Shown: one piece after another, positions 8,416-18,203 of the stretch | How the letters are laid out: each line of letters starts with the position of its first letter | How positions within the stretch are numbered: the stretch's first letter is position 1 | From: Nitrospirota bacterium | GTDB taxonomy: Bacteria > Nitrospirota > UBA9217 | Length of the DNA: 64,000 nucleotides | Direction of reading: 5' to 3' | Assembly (NCBI GenBank): GCA_963818475.1 | Contig: CAWFSF010000006.1 | Location: 2,208,001 to 2,272,000, forward strand | Made by a program: the position numbers and the translations under genes | Notes under the pieces: model-generated | The model's database searches: none | Told to the model about the DNA's origin: nothing | Seen by the model: only the letters and a program-made list of their open reading frames with translations

Positions 8416-9027
8416 CTAGTTATTAGTTTTGCAGAATTTTTTAAGCTTAATAAAATAGAAGGCAGGTAAAATTATCGTCAGAAGGGTTGAAGCAGCGATA
8501 AATAAAATAATTACAGTTAAGAACTTGTTGCAGTTGGCCACTTGGAATATGAGTGATGCTTTGTCAACATACAAATATATAATGATGATTTGGAAAATCG
8601 GAAATATTAGATAGAATAAAGCAAGTATGTCCGGCATCCAAGACAAACAATTCTTACTCGCAATAAATGTGCACGGATTGTAACTTTCAGGAAAGATTTG
8701 GTTTTTTCCTATGGCCCCACTTTCTTTTCGAATCTTGGCATTAACATATTGGTCTCTTCTGAAACTATAAGATATTATAGTAACGGCTCCAGCACCGAAA
8801 GATAACAATAACTCACTTACTAGCGTTGCATATGATAATTTATTTAAGTCATAACCATGGTTCTCATAAACATATACAAATCCGAGGACAACAGCGCCAA
8901 GAAAACCGATTATTTTCAGGAAGAGTTGCTGATTAGAACGCTGATTTTCTGCAAATTGCGTATGGAAACTTTTTAAAATTTCTCTTCGCAGCTCTCGATC
9001 TGGTGTAGTCATAATTTTTTTCCTCAT
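8416..9027 (-). CDS. Membrane protein (about 4 TM helices)
   Basis: Four long hydrophobic segments in 203 aa. Confidence 0.7.
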   Translation of the reverse strand: MRKKIMTTPDRELRREILKSFHTQFAENQRSNQQLFLKIIGFLGAVVLGFVYVYENHGYDLNKLSYATLVSELLLSFGAGAVTIISYSFRRDQYVNAKIRKESGAIGKNQIFPESYNPCTFIASKNCLSWMPDILALFYLIFPIFQIIIIYLYVDKASLIFQVANCNKFLTVIILFIAASTLLTIILPAFYFIKLKKFCKTNN

Positions 9028-9087
9028 GCCACGTGGTAATTTCGTAATCAGCGACCATTTTTTTAAATTGCCCGGGACGGGATTTAC

Positions 9088-10449
9088 TTATTCGTGCTTG
9101 AGAAGTCTTTCAAGATAATTACTTCCATGCACCTTAGAATAATTCAGCAATTCCCTACGGACTTCGTCAGGAATTTCATCCTTTCTTTCACACCAGGTTC
9201 GTGATGCGTCCCATGAAGTTCCATAGATTTGTCGTCCTTCCGGGTCCATAAAAAGTGAAACATCGTCTAGCCTGTCGCTGAGGTATCGCAATAGTGACGG
9301 ATGCGTCTTTTCGAAGGGCAGATTAATCAGTATATCCAGCAGCACATTCAGATAACGATCATAATATATAAAACCACCACTACTTCTTGCCCGCGTCCAT
9401 ATTGGATCTAAGACTGAATTCAAAAAATTTATAAGTGTGTGTACATCATAATATCTTGGGAATGAGCTTAGGGCATTGATAAGCTTTTGCCTCGCATTTG
9501 GATTCTCGGCAATTAGCTCTGCTCTGTGTTCTGGCGTTAGCAACCTCTTTAATTTCTTTTTAGCTTTCTGCTGATCCTTTATTGATTCCTTGATTACATC
9601 GCGAACTTCTTCGAGAAAATCGCATATATCTGATATTTCGATAATAACCTCACCGCTATCACCCACATATGGTTCTATCTTTGCATTTTTATTAACATAT
9701 AAAGCTTGCACAACTAACGCTTGATATTTTTCACTAGTCAACCGGTGCTTATCTTTAAATGTACGCGACCAATCAACAGCTGCCTTAACATTAATATCAC
9801 CAAGGCTATAGCCCAACATCAGTGTAGTTGATTCTGTCATCAGTAAATTTAGTTTAAGCTGGCGATACTCTGTTGGACCCATTAAGTTAATGTAGTCTGA
9901 TTCTGTAACCACTATGCTCGTTGGCGCTCGTCTATGTCCATGTAGATGGTAAATTGGCACAAAATCTGATCGTTCATTAAGGAGATGTTCGGGCAGAAGA
10001 TAGACGGAATTAAGTATAGCGTCTTCTAATAGAAAGTCATAATTGGTTGTAATAATCCACTGCATAGGAATGTCACGAAAAATATCACGGTACTTATCAG
10101 ATTTTCGTTTGTCCGGCTTGAGGTCACAAATCTTACAGATCGCTCGCTTCAATTTACCTTCGGCTTGTTCATGTGATAGGTTCAAGCTTTTTTTCTTATC
10201 GGCCACCTTGATCAAACTTACAATTTCCTGAGCTATGCGTGGATATGATTTTCCCTTGACCGCCTTAATATCGTTCAAGTTAAACTTGATCTTAAGCTCT
10301 TTGCAAATTGCTTTCAATAGCTCATCAAAACTAGGAGCTTCATCATTGGTCATATCCTTAGAAAAGCCTGTACCGACGAATAATCCGAACGATCCGAATA
10401 AGGCTGCATTCGAAATTTCCAACAATAATTTATCTCTTGTCCACTTCAT
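9088..10449 (-). CDS. SIR2-family (SIR2_2) protein, putative NADase defence effector
   Basis: GLFVGTGFS, IITTNYD, YHLHG, LGYSLGD motifs; uncharacterised helical C-terminus. Confidence 0.9.
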   Translation of the reverse strand: MKWTRDKLLLEISNAALFGSFGLFVGTGFSKDMTNDEAPSFDELLKAICKELKIKFNLNDIKAVKGKSYPRIAQEIVSLIKVADKKKSLNLSHEQAEGKLKRAICKICDLKPDKRKSDKYRDIFRDIPMQWIITTNYDFLLEDAILNSVYLLPEHLLNERSDFVPIYHLHGHRRAPTSIVVTESDYINLMGPTEYRQLKLNLLMTESTTLMLGYSLGDINVKAAVDWSRTFKDKHRLTSEKYQALVVQALYVNKNAKIEPYVGDSGEVIIEISDICDFLEEVRDVIKESIKDQQKAKKKLKRLLTPEHRAELIAENPNARQKLINALSSFPRYYDVHTLINFLNSVLDPIWTRARSSGGFIYYDRYLNVLLDILINLPFEKTHPSLLRYLSDRLDDVSLFMDPEGRQIYGTSWDASRTWCERKDEIPDEVRRELLNYSKVHGSNYLERLLKHE

Positions 10450-10482
10450 GTATATTTCCTACATCCCCGCATGGATTGGCTT

Positions 10483-10761
10483 CTACGCCACATTAGAAAC
10501 TTCAATATTTCGCTCGCACACGCCCACGACATCGACGATGATGAAATGATCCTTGGCCTTAGCATCGGGAGTGACTGCCTTCAAGTCTTCGTCATTGATC
10601 ACGCGCACGCCGCGGCCTTTCATCTCCTCGAAGAGGCTCCGTCGACGGACCGTGCTGCCGGCGTGATCGAGGCAAAGAAAGCAGGCTCCAACAGCCCACC
10701 CTGCCGACGCAAGCATGCGGTCGATCTGTTCCCGGGCTATGTCTTCGGGGCCAAGGGGCAT
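10483..10761 (-). pseudogene. hsdR: Internally deleted type I R-M HsdR remnant
   Basis: N-terminal PEDIAREQIDRMLASAGW joined to the helicase motif-VI region FEEMKGRGVRVI..VTPDAKAKDHFIIVDVVGVCE. Confidence 0.75.
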
Positions 10762-10912
10762 GCCCTATTCCTTTAATTGGCAATGTGCACAAAAACATTA
10801 TGCAAACACGAAGTACAGGAAATGGACTCAAAAGGCAAGGCTAATGAACCTTTCCTCCCTTCGATGGGAGGAACCAAGGGGAGTGTGAAGCATTTCAACA
10901 ATTTATTGCAGG

Positions 10913-10961
10913 ATTGTAATCGTTTTTTCGCACGCTGTCACCTGTCAAAAGTGACAGGTGC
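10913..10961 (-). promoter_or_regulatory. sigma70-like promoter with palindromic operator (copy 1)
   Basis: GTGACA-17-TACAAT; CACCTGTCA-N4-TGACAGGTG palindrome overlapping the -35. Confidence 0.6.
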
Positions 10962-11072
10962 GATGCAGTGCGGATTTCCCGATAAATCGGGACAGGTCTC
11001 CTTGTGGAATGGGGAATGGCAACCCGGAATCCCAATAGTGGCAAGATCCCGGGTCTTCTGTTCTGCTGAGAT

Positions 11073-11106
11073 AAAAAAGGGGTTACAGATTGCACTGTAA
11101 CCCCTT
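11073..11106. terminator. Intrinsic terminator-like hairpin
   Basis: AAGGGGTTACAG-ATTGCA-CTGTAACCCCTT preceded by an A-run (U-tail on minus strand). Confidence 0.6.
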
Positions 11107-11268
11107 GAGGCGGTTTATTAAATTCTCCAGTCAACTGATATGATTTATCGACACCTTGAACTCAAAACTTATGGATTTGATGTGAAGCGCATCGCATTTA
11201 TGTTTAAGGCTGTTGGGCAAGGCGGATCATTTGTCCAACCTACGAACCTTAATATCTCTTTGCGATAA

Positions 11269-12345
11269 TTATTCAAAAAGCCCGAATGCCGTACCAACGA
11301 AAACACTTGCGGTAACATCATGCGTGTCATCACGCCAGCCTAACTTGATTCCAGCATTGAATTTCCCCTCCTTGTCTTTCACGAAATACACGGGTAGCTC
11401 GACACCCCAAACCCGTCCCTCAAGATCATAAGTAGCCGTTAGTCCTACGCCGGCAAAACCCAGGTCTCGACGCGTCTCGAGTGAAACCAGGTTTTTCTTC
11501 GTCGCCTTCGCCTTTCCGATCGGCCCAGTAAGGCAACTGAGCGGCGAGCCGGATCCGTCACGCGCCGGGCAGACAGTTCCGCTTGTGGATTCCTTGAACG
11601 TATCCTGATACTGCACATTGAGAATGAATATTGTTCGCAAAGCATCAGGGTTGTAGGCAAGGAAGGTTCCGACCGTCCAAGGTGTTTCATCCTGTTTTTG
11701 CTTTTTTACGGAAGAGACGTCAATGAATTCGTAATTCTGGTAGCCAAGCTTGGCGTTCGCACCATAGATCCAACGATTCGATTCTTTTTCGAGATCCCAG
11801 AATTCACTCGCGTAATCGTACTTATCTTGTTCTGTACCATATTCGTCAACCAGGTTGGAATCGCACCCTGTCTCATCACCGTCCTTTTTATCTGTCTGCT
11901 TCTCTTTTTCTTCATACATGCGTTTGCAGATCGCGTCGAGTTTTGTGATTGATCTACGTGCTGCCAATTTATTACGCTTGCCGGGGACCAGAAACTGACT
12001 GTACTTCAGTTCCAGGCTTGCCGCATTCACCATGCCGTCGAGGCTGGCAACATCGGAATCACCGTTTTTATTGAGTGGGGCACTCGCAGTCAGACTCCAT
12101 ACGGAAAAGGAGGCCGTACCGGTTCCATCGCTCTCCACCGACTCAGTGAAGGATGATACGAGCGAAGCCTTTACAGACACATTGCTTGAGCCCTTAGCTG
12201 CAACCACCTGAGCACCAGTGAGAGCTGACACCGCGCTGTCCAATTGAGCACCGCCATTGGCACTACTAACTCGATCGGCGATACCACCGGCAATACCAAC
12301 GGATGGTATCAAAACTGCCATGATCACTAATAGAAAATTTCGCAT
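11269..12345 (-). CDS. Secreted/outer-membrane hypothetical protein
   Basis: Signal peptide; alternating beta-strand patterns; C-terminal aromatic (AFGLFE). Confidence 0.7.
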   Translation of the reverse strand: MRNFLLVIMAVLIPSVGIAGGIADRVSSANGGAQLDSAVSALTGAQVVAAKGSSNVSVKASLVSSFTESVESDGTGTASFSVWSLTASAPLNKNGDSDVASLDGMVNAASLELKYSQFLVPGKRNKLAARRSITKLDAICKRMYEEKEKQTDKKDGDETGCDSNLVDEYGTEQDKYDYASEFWDLEKESNRWIYGANAKLGYQNYEFIDVSSVKKQKQDETPWTVGTFLAYNPDALRTIFILNVQYQDTFKESTSGTVCPARDGSGSPLSCLTGPIGKAKATKKNLVSLETRRDLGFAGVGLTATYDLEGRVWGVELPVYFVKDKEGKFNAGIKLGWRDDTHDVTASVFVGTAFGLFE

Positions 12346-12350
12346 GTCGG

Positions 12351-12629
12351 TTATACCTCGAATTTCCGATAACCGCTCCCCTTGCTGGAGCCGACCGGAA
12401 TCTTGCTTTCTTTCACCTTCACTACTTCACGTTTTCCCGTTGTTCCCACAATACTGAGCGAACCTCCAGAGTTGCCGATCATCCACCAGATCAGCACGTG
12501 TTCTTCCGATTCCTCTAGGTTAAGTCCGCCTACCCCATTCAGTAGATTCACGTCACGGTCATCCACAGCCAGCCAATAACGCAAATCATCAGATGCTGTC
12601 GTCTCGAACTTTACATATTGCATTGCCAT
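12351..12629 (-). CDS. Hypothetical protein
   Basis: 92 aa, GGGGG RBS, 5 nt upstream of the next gene. Confidence 0.65.
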   Translation of the reverse strand: MAMQYVKFETTASDDLRYWLAVDDRDVNLLNGVGGLNLEESEEHVLIWWMIGNSGGSLSIVGTTGKREVVKVKESKIPVGSSKGSGYRKFEV

Positions 12630-12727
12630 GTTGCCCCCTTAAATAGATATAAATACCCTTAATGTCGCAAACAACACTCCGAGATATTGCATATAATCAA
12701 TAGCACCAATCTATCATTCCGACATTC

Positions 12728-13050
12728 TTACGGCGCGTCACAGACCGCCTTCACATCCAGCAAATACGCGCACGGAAACCCACTCGGCCGCAAGGTATCG
12801 GGTCTCGTGGTGCACGATACATCTTCGATGATGCCCTCCTTTCCGTCCTTCGAGCACACCAGGATAACACCCACTTCTTCCTGAATCCGCGCCTTAAGAA
12901 GATAGTTGCTGAACGGTTCCAATAATTTTGGATTCCCGCTTCGTTCACTTGCTGCTTTGAACAGCTCCTCGTCCCTGGCGTCTGGCGGCAAGCTGTCGGC
13001 AATGACATCGACGGCTTTTGACAGCGGGATCAGATAGTCGTCGTTGTGCC
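12728..13050 (-). pseudogene. Hypothetical protein, 5' end truncated or frameshifted
   Basis: Open frame ..DDYLIPLSKAVDVIADSLPPDARDEELF..VCDAP with no clear start. Confidence 0.4.
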
Positions 13051-13117
13051 CCTCCCAGTGCCAGGTCTTTTATTTTGGTGTTGCATTCTTTTTTTTACAA
13101 GACACACCTACATCCCG

Positions 13118-13188
13118 GTAGCCTGCGCGGCATCGTTGATGACGACATACATTGCATCGAAATCGCTCTGTGTGCACTGCCGGATCAC
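13118..13188 (-). pseudogene. N-terminal remnant of a GNAT acetyltransferase
   Basis: GGAGG RBS + GTG: MIRQCTQSDFDAMYVVINDAAQA, then truncated. Confidence 0.55.
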
Positions 13189-13350
13189 GGATGCACGCCT
13201 CCTGCTGCGAATTGCCGCATTGTTCGGGGGTAACCGATGGGATTAGAACTTAAAACTTGAATTTTTCGCCCAAACGCCTAATCCCATTGATCAGGTTTAC
13301 TTTCTCGCCACGCCCGCCAGATCGAAGCACCCTCGACAATTTTATTAGGG

Positions 13351-13399
13351 AGTGTATATGATTTTTTGTGCCCTGTCACCTGTCAGAACTGACAGGTGC
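13351..13399 (-). promoter_or_regulatory. sigma70-like promoter with palindromic operator (copy 2)
   Basis: GTGACA-17-TACACT; same CACCTGTCA-N4-TGACAGGTG palindrome. Confidence 0.6.
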
Positions 13400-13653
13400 T
13401 TTCGGCTATCCAATTTGGTTAAATAAACCTGTTCCAGGGTCGTAGTGAGGTAAATTCAAACGAATGCGGCTTTGGCCATTCGAAATTCACGATCATCGGC
13501 AATTACAGCCCTTCATTCCGCAATCCGCGATCCGAAATCAACAATCAGACCGTGTTTTTTCTTGACTTTTCGGGCTAATAACGCTAATTTCTCTGTATCA
13601 ATTTTCCATGGCCCGGACCCATCGGTACCATGCACAGAGGGGCACAGCCACCC

Positions 13654-14421
13654 ATGTCGTATCAGATCAAGCTCGAGATCTTCGAAGGTCCCATGGACCT
13701 TCTGCTGCACCTCACCAAGAAGCACGAACTCGATATCTACTCCATTCCCATCGCGGTCATCACCCAGCAGTACCTCGAATACATCGAGCTCATGAAGAGC
13801 CTCGATATGGAGATCGCCGGTGAGTTTCTCGTGATGGCGTCGACGCTCACGCTTATCAAGTCCCGGGAAATGCTGCCGCCTCCCGAGAGCCCTGAAGCCG
13901 ACGACGACGGCGTCGACCCGCGGGCCGAGCTTATCCGCCGGCTGCTCGAGTACAAGAGCTTCAAGGAAGCCGCCTCCTCCCTGGAGGGCAAGGAAGAGAC
14001 GTGGTCACAGATCTACACCCGGTCGGCCGAGGCCGCTCCCGACATCCCCGAGGAAGATCAGCCCCTGCTGTTCGATTTTCATCTCTTCGATCTCCTTGCG
14101 GCGCTGAAGGACGTCATGGCGCGCGTGCCCGATGCGAGCTTCGAGGTCACGCCCGAGGCCGTCTCGATCACCGAAAAGATCTCGCAGATCCTGGCGCGCT
14201 TCGAGACCACCGACAGTCTGCTCTTTACCGATCTCTTTGACAATACCACCAGTAGGGCCCAGGTCATCGGCACCTTCATGGCCCTGCTTGAGCTGCTCAA
14301 AACTCGGGTCATCAAGGTCTTTCAGATGGAGCAGTTCGGCGTCATCCGGATCATGAAGGCCGTGATCGATGCGCAGGACAAGGACACGGCAACCGGGAAC
14401 CTCTTTGACAAGCTTCAGTGA
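13654..14421 (+). CDS. scpA: Segregation and condensation protein A
   Basis: FEGPMDLLLHL, EFLVMASTL..IKSR.ML, FMALLEL. Confidence 0.95.
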   Translation: MSYQIKLEIFEGPMDLLLHLTKKHELDIYSIPIAVITQQYLEYIELMKSLDMEIAGEFLVMASTLTLIKSREMLPPPESPEADDDGVDPRAELIRRLLEYKSFKEAASSLEGKEETWSQIYTRSAEAAPDIPEEDQPLLFDFHLFDLLAALKDVMARVPDASFEVTPEAVSITEKISQILARFETTDSLLFTDLFDNTTSRAQVIGTFMALLELLKTRVIKVFQMEQFGVIRIMKAVIDAQDKDTATGNLFDKLQ

Positions 14422-14478
14422 TCTGAGAAACTTAGTTAGTTACGAATCAAATTCTACTCAAAACGGCAAGAATATTTT

Positions 14479-14579
14479 GCCACGAAGGCACGAAGACACA
14501 AAGTACGGCCTTAATCCAATTATTAAAACAGTATCTTAGACAATTTTCGTTTTTCTTCGTGACTTCGAGTCTTCGTGGC
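14479..14579. repeat. GCCACGAAG..CTTCGTGGC inverted-repeat element
   Basis: Arms of repeated CACGAAG units; same family at 15498-15593 and 21391-21489. Confidence 0.7.
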
Positions 14580-14620
14580 AAATTTTGGTTCCGGCTTGCC
14601 CGGGTTAGGGAACTGCTCCT

Positions 14621-15469
14621 ATGAAACCTGACATCAAAGCACTGGCATTTGAAAAAAAGTTCGGCGAGATCGAGACGGCGGTCTACGCGGACCGCTCGCT
14701 CATCGGCGACCTGGTCGCCCTGCTCGGCGAGAAGAACGGCGATGTGCGCTCCGGCGTATTGAACCTGCTGTCGCGCGTGGGTTTCGACTACCCCAACGAT
14801 ACGCGGCGCCATCTACCGACCCTGATCGGGCTTTTGGACGACCCGGACATGTTCATCAAGATCGATGCTGCCAATGCGGTCGGGAACCTGGGTTTTAATT
14901 TCAAGGAAGCGGCAACAGCGGCAGCGCCCAAGCTCAAGGCGCTCCTCGAACATGAGCAGAGCCTCGTGCGCCAGGAAGGGGCCTACGCCCTCGGCAACAT
15001 CGGCTTTGCGCACACGGACCTGGTCCGGGACGCGGTCCCGCGGCTGATCCGGATGCTCGAGACCGGCGACGACGACGAGCGCGAAGCGGCATCCCATGCC
15101 CTGGGCAAGGTCGGCATCAACGCGCCGGAGCTGATCCGCGGCATCCTGCCGAAGCTCGTGGAAGTGCTCGAGTTCTCCAAAGAGGCCACCTGCGGCGGCG
15201 TGCTCTTCGCCCTGGGCGCCATCGGCCTCCACTATCCCAACGAGGTGGCCAGCCTGGTGCCGAAGCTCATGGCCTATCTGGACAGCGGACATCCCAACGC
15301 GGTCAAGAACGCGGTCGCCGCCATCGGGAACATCGGCAGTTCCAATCCGGAGTTCGTGAAGGATGCGATCCCGAAGATACGAAAGATCATGGAAACCGCA
15401 ACGGACATCGATGTGAAGATGAACGCCAAGGTTGCGCTCGGCAGGCTGGGCGATCCGATGGCGATGTAG
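14621..15469 (+). CDS. HEAT-repeat protein
   Basis: Repeated P.L..LL....VR..AA.ALG.IG units. Confidence 0.85.
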   Translation: MKPDIKALAFEKKFGEIETAVYADRSLIGDLVALLGEKNGDVRSGVLNLLSRVGFDYPNDTRRHLPTLIGLLDDPDMFIKIDAANAVGNLGFNFKEAATAAAPKLKALLEHEQSLVRQEGAYALGNIGFAHTDLVRDAVPRLIRMLETGDDDEREAASHALGKVGINAPELIRGILPKLVEVLEFSKEATCGGVLFALGAIGLHYPNEVASLVPKLMAYLDSGHPNAVKNAVAAIGNIGSSNPEFVKDAIPKIRKIMETATDIDVKMNAKVALGRLGDPMAM

Positions 15470-15497
15470 CTCTTGCCCCGGACAGACAGAGTCTTTT

Positions 15498-15593
15498 GCC
15501 ACGAAGACGCGAAGGCTCGAAGAAAAACCGTAGAACTTTACGATCTCATTGACCAGGTCTTAAGCTGTCTTCGTGCCTTAGTGCCTTCGTGGC
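15498..15593. repeat. GCCACGAAG..CTTCGTGGC inverted-repeat element
   Basis: Second copy flanking the HEAT gene. Confidence 0.7.
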
Positions 15594-15660
15594 AGGGCTC
15601 ATGTTCTTTTTTTGCATTTCAAGGACTCAACACTTATAATTTTTATTAGAGGTTCTGAAA

Positions 15661-16359
15661 TTGGAAGATCAACAATTGAAATCAGCGCTTGAGGCGCTGC
15701 TCTTCGTCTCGGGCAACCCCCTGTCCATGGACAAACTGAAGGGCATCTTCGATGAGGCCACGGTCGAACAGATCGACATGCAGCTCGCCGTGCTCAGACA
15801 GGAATACGACGACCGCAACGCCGGCATCATGCTGGCCGAGGTGGCGGGCGGATACCAGCTCGCGACGCGGCCGGAGCACTTCGGCTGGATCAGGAAGTTC
15901 AAGGCCGTCAAGGTCTCGACCAGGCTGTCGAAGCCGGCGCTGGAGACGCTGGCCATCGTCGCATACAAGCAGCCCATCACCCGCACCGAGGTGGAAGCGG
16001 TCCGCGGCGTCAACATCGGCGGCATCATGCGGAACCTGATGGAGCGCAGGCTCGTCAAGATCGTGGGCAAGAAGGATGTGCCGGGCAAACCCATGATGTA
16101 CGGCACCACCCAGGATTTCCTGCAGTATTTCGGATTAAAGGACCTCTCGTCCCTGCCGACGCTCAAGGAGTTCCAGGAGCTTGAAGCGGGCGAGGATGTC
16201 ATGGAAGAAGTTCCCGCAGGCGAAGCCGGGCAGCACCGGCCAGTGAGGCGGAGATCCTCGAGGAAGAGGCCGCGTATGCGGACCTGGCCCCGGAGGAGGA
16301 GTCCCCTTCAGCAGAGACAACGGAAACCGCGGCCACGCGGGGAGAGCCAGGCTGAATGA
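15661..16359 (+). CDS. scpB: Segregation and condensation protein B (C-terminal tail probably frameshifted)
   Basis: LEALLF, VAGGYQLAT, LSKPALETLAIVAYKQPITR, YGTT..FL.YFGL. Confidence 0.95.
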   Translation: MEDQQLKSALEALLFVSGNPLSMDKLKGIFDEATVEQIDMQLAVLRQEYDDRNAGIMLAEVAGGYQLATRPEHFGWIRKFKAVKVSTRLSKPALETLAIVAYKQPITRTEVEAVRGVNIGGIMRNLMERRLVKIVGKKDVPGKPMMYGTTQDFLQYFGLKDLSSLPTLKEFQELEAGEDVMEEVPAGEAGQHRPVRRRSSRKRPRMRTWPRRRSPLQQRQRKPRPRGESQAE

Positions 16360-17302
16360 TAGAGTTCCAGGACGCCCTGCGCAAAAAAGAGATCTGGGCC
16401 GTCGGCGGCGGCAAGGGCGGCATCGGCAAAAGCCTGATCACCGGCAATATCGGCATCACCCTCGCCCGCCTGAAGAAGCGGGTCCTGCTCGTGGACGCCG
16501 ATCTCGGCGGAGCGAACCTGCACACGACGCTCGGCATCGGCGTGCCGGAGATGACGCTCTCCGATTTTCTGAACCGCCGCGTCGAGACCATCCAGGACGT
16601 GATCATCAAGACCAGCATCCCGAACCTGAGCCTGGTGAGCGGCGCCCAGGACTTCCTCGATGCGGCCAACCCCAACTTCGCACAAAAAGCACGCCTGTTG
16701 CGGCACCTCGAAACCCTTGATGCCGACTACATTCTCCTGGACCTCGGCGCCGGAACGTCCTTTAACATCCTCGATTTTTTCCTGTTCGCCGACCACGGCA
16801 TTCTCGTGGTGCTGCCGGAGCCCACGGCCATCGAGAACGCCTACCGGTTCATCAAGAGCGCCTTTTACCGCCGGTTCAAGAAGGATCGTGACCGGCCAGA
16901 ACATCAAGGACCTGATCGATGCGGCCATGGACCAGAAGAACAGCATGGGGATCCGCACCCCCTACGACCTGATCGAACGCATCAAGCAGCTGGAGCCGGA
17001 AAGCGGCGAGACCCTGGAGCTCGAAGATGATGAAGTTCAGGCCCAAGCTCATCGTGAACCAGGTGCGGACCAAGAACGACATCCAGATCGGTTTTTCAAT
17101 GAAGAGCGCCTGCCAGAAGTACTTCGGCATCAACCTGGAATATCTGGGCTATGTCGAGTACGATGACTGCGTCTGGCAGTCCATCCGGAGCAAACGGCCG
17201 CTGTCGATCGAATATCCCTATTCGCGGCCGGCGCGCTGCATCGAGCGGATCGTCCATAACGTGCTCAGGAAAGAACAGCTTACCGCCAGCATGCTCTATT
17301 GA
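16356..17302 (+). CDS. MinD/FlhG-like P-loop ATPase (frameshifted)
   Basis: GGGKGGIGKS, LVDADLGGANL, LDLGAG, PEPTAIENAY; continues in ORFs 16660.. and 17027.. Confidence 0.85.
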
Positions 17303-17453
17303 AAGGGTAAATTTCCAAACAACGAGCACCAAATCGCAAATAATTCTCAAATGGTAAATTTCAATTTCCGAAACGTTTGAAGTTTTATCCTTACTTGGTG
17401 TTTGAAATTTATTTGATATTTGGTGTTTGTGATTTGGTATTTGGGGGAATTTC

Positions 17454-18149
17454 ATGATCAAAAAAATAGAGGACCTGAACTACTACGAACTCCTCGAGAT
17501 CAGCACTGACGCCTCGTCGCAGGAGATCCACCGGGCCTACGACCGGTTGCGCAAGATCTATGAACCGAACTCCATCGCGCTCTATTCCCTCTTCTCGGCA
17601 GACGAAGACCGCATCGATCAACCAGCGCATCGAAGATGCCTACCGTACGCTGGTCTACGAGGAGACCCGGAAGCGCTACGACGCACTCCTCCGCCAGAGC
17701 AGCGAACCGCCAGCGCCGGTTGCGATGCAACCTGCCGAAAAACGCTATCAGGCGCAGCCCCAGCAGCCGTCGCTGTCCCTTGCAGCGAACAATCACTATC
17801 TCAAAAGTGCCGAACCGATGCGGAGCCGCCTGCGCCGCCGATGCCGACCGCAGTGATGCCGACGCCCCAGCCGCTTCCTTCAACGATCACTGAATTTACC
17901 GGCTCGGTGCTCAAGGTCCTGCGGGAACAGCACAACATTACCGTGCGCAATATCGCCGACATGACGAAGCTCAGCTCGCGTTATATCGAGTTCATTGAAG
18001 CGGAGCACTTCAGCAAGCTTCCCGCCCGGCCCTACCTCCGCGGCTTCCTGGTCCTCTACGCAAAAGCGCTCGGGTATGAACCCGAGCGCCTGGTCAGCGA
18101 CTACCTGAAACGCTATGATGCCGCTATGAACCCGCCGAAGCAGAAGTAA
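17454..18149 (+). CDS. J-domain-like + C-terminal HTH (RodZ-like) protein (frameshifted)
   Basis: YYELLEI..AS.QEI..AY (no HPD); C-terminal LRE...IADMTKLS..YIE.IEAE.F..LP...YLRGFL..YAKALG. Confidence 0.75.
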   Translation: MIKKIEDLNYYELLEISTDASSQEIHRAYDRLRKIYEPNSIALYSLFSADEDRIDQPAHRRCLPYAGLRGDPEALRRTPPPEQRTASAGCDATCRKTLSGAAPAAVAVPCSEQSLSQKCRTDAEPPAPPMPTAVMPTPQPLPSTITEFTGSVLKVLREQHNITVRNIADMTKLSSRYIEFIEAEHFSKLPARPYLRGFLVLYAKALGYEPERLVSDYLKRYDAAMNPPKQK

Positions 18150-18203
18150 GTAAAGAGTTCGGAGTTCGGAGTGTTCATCGGAGCTTCTGACTCTCCTACT
18201 TCG

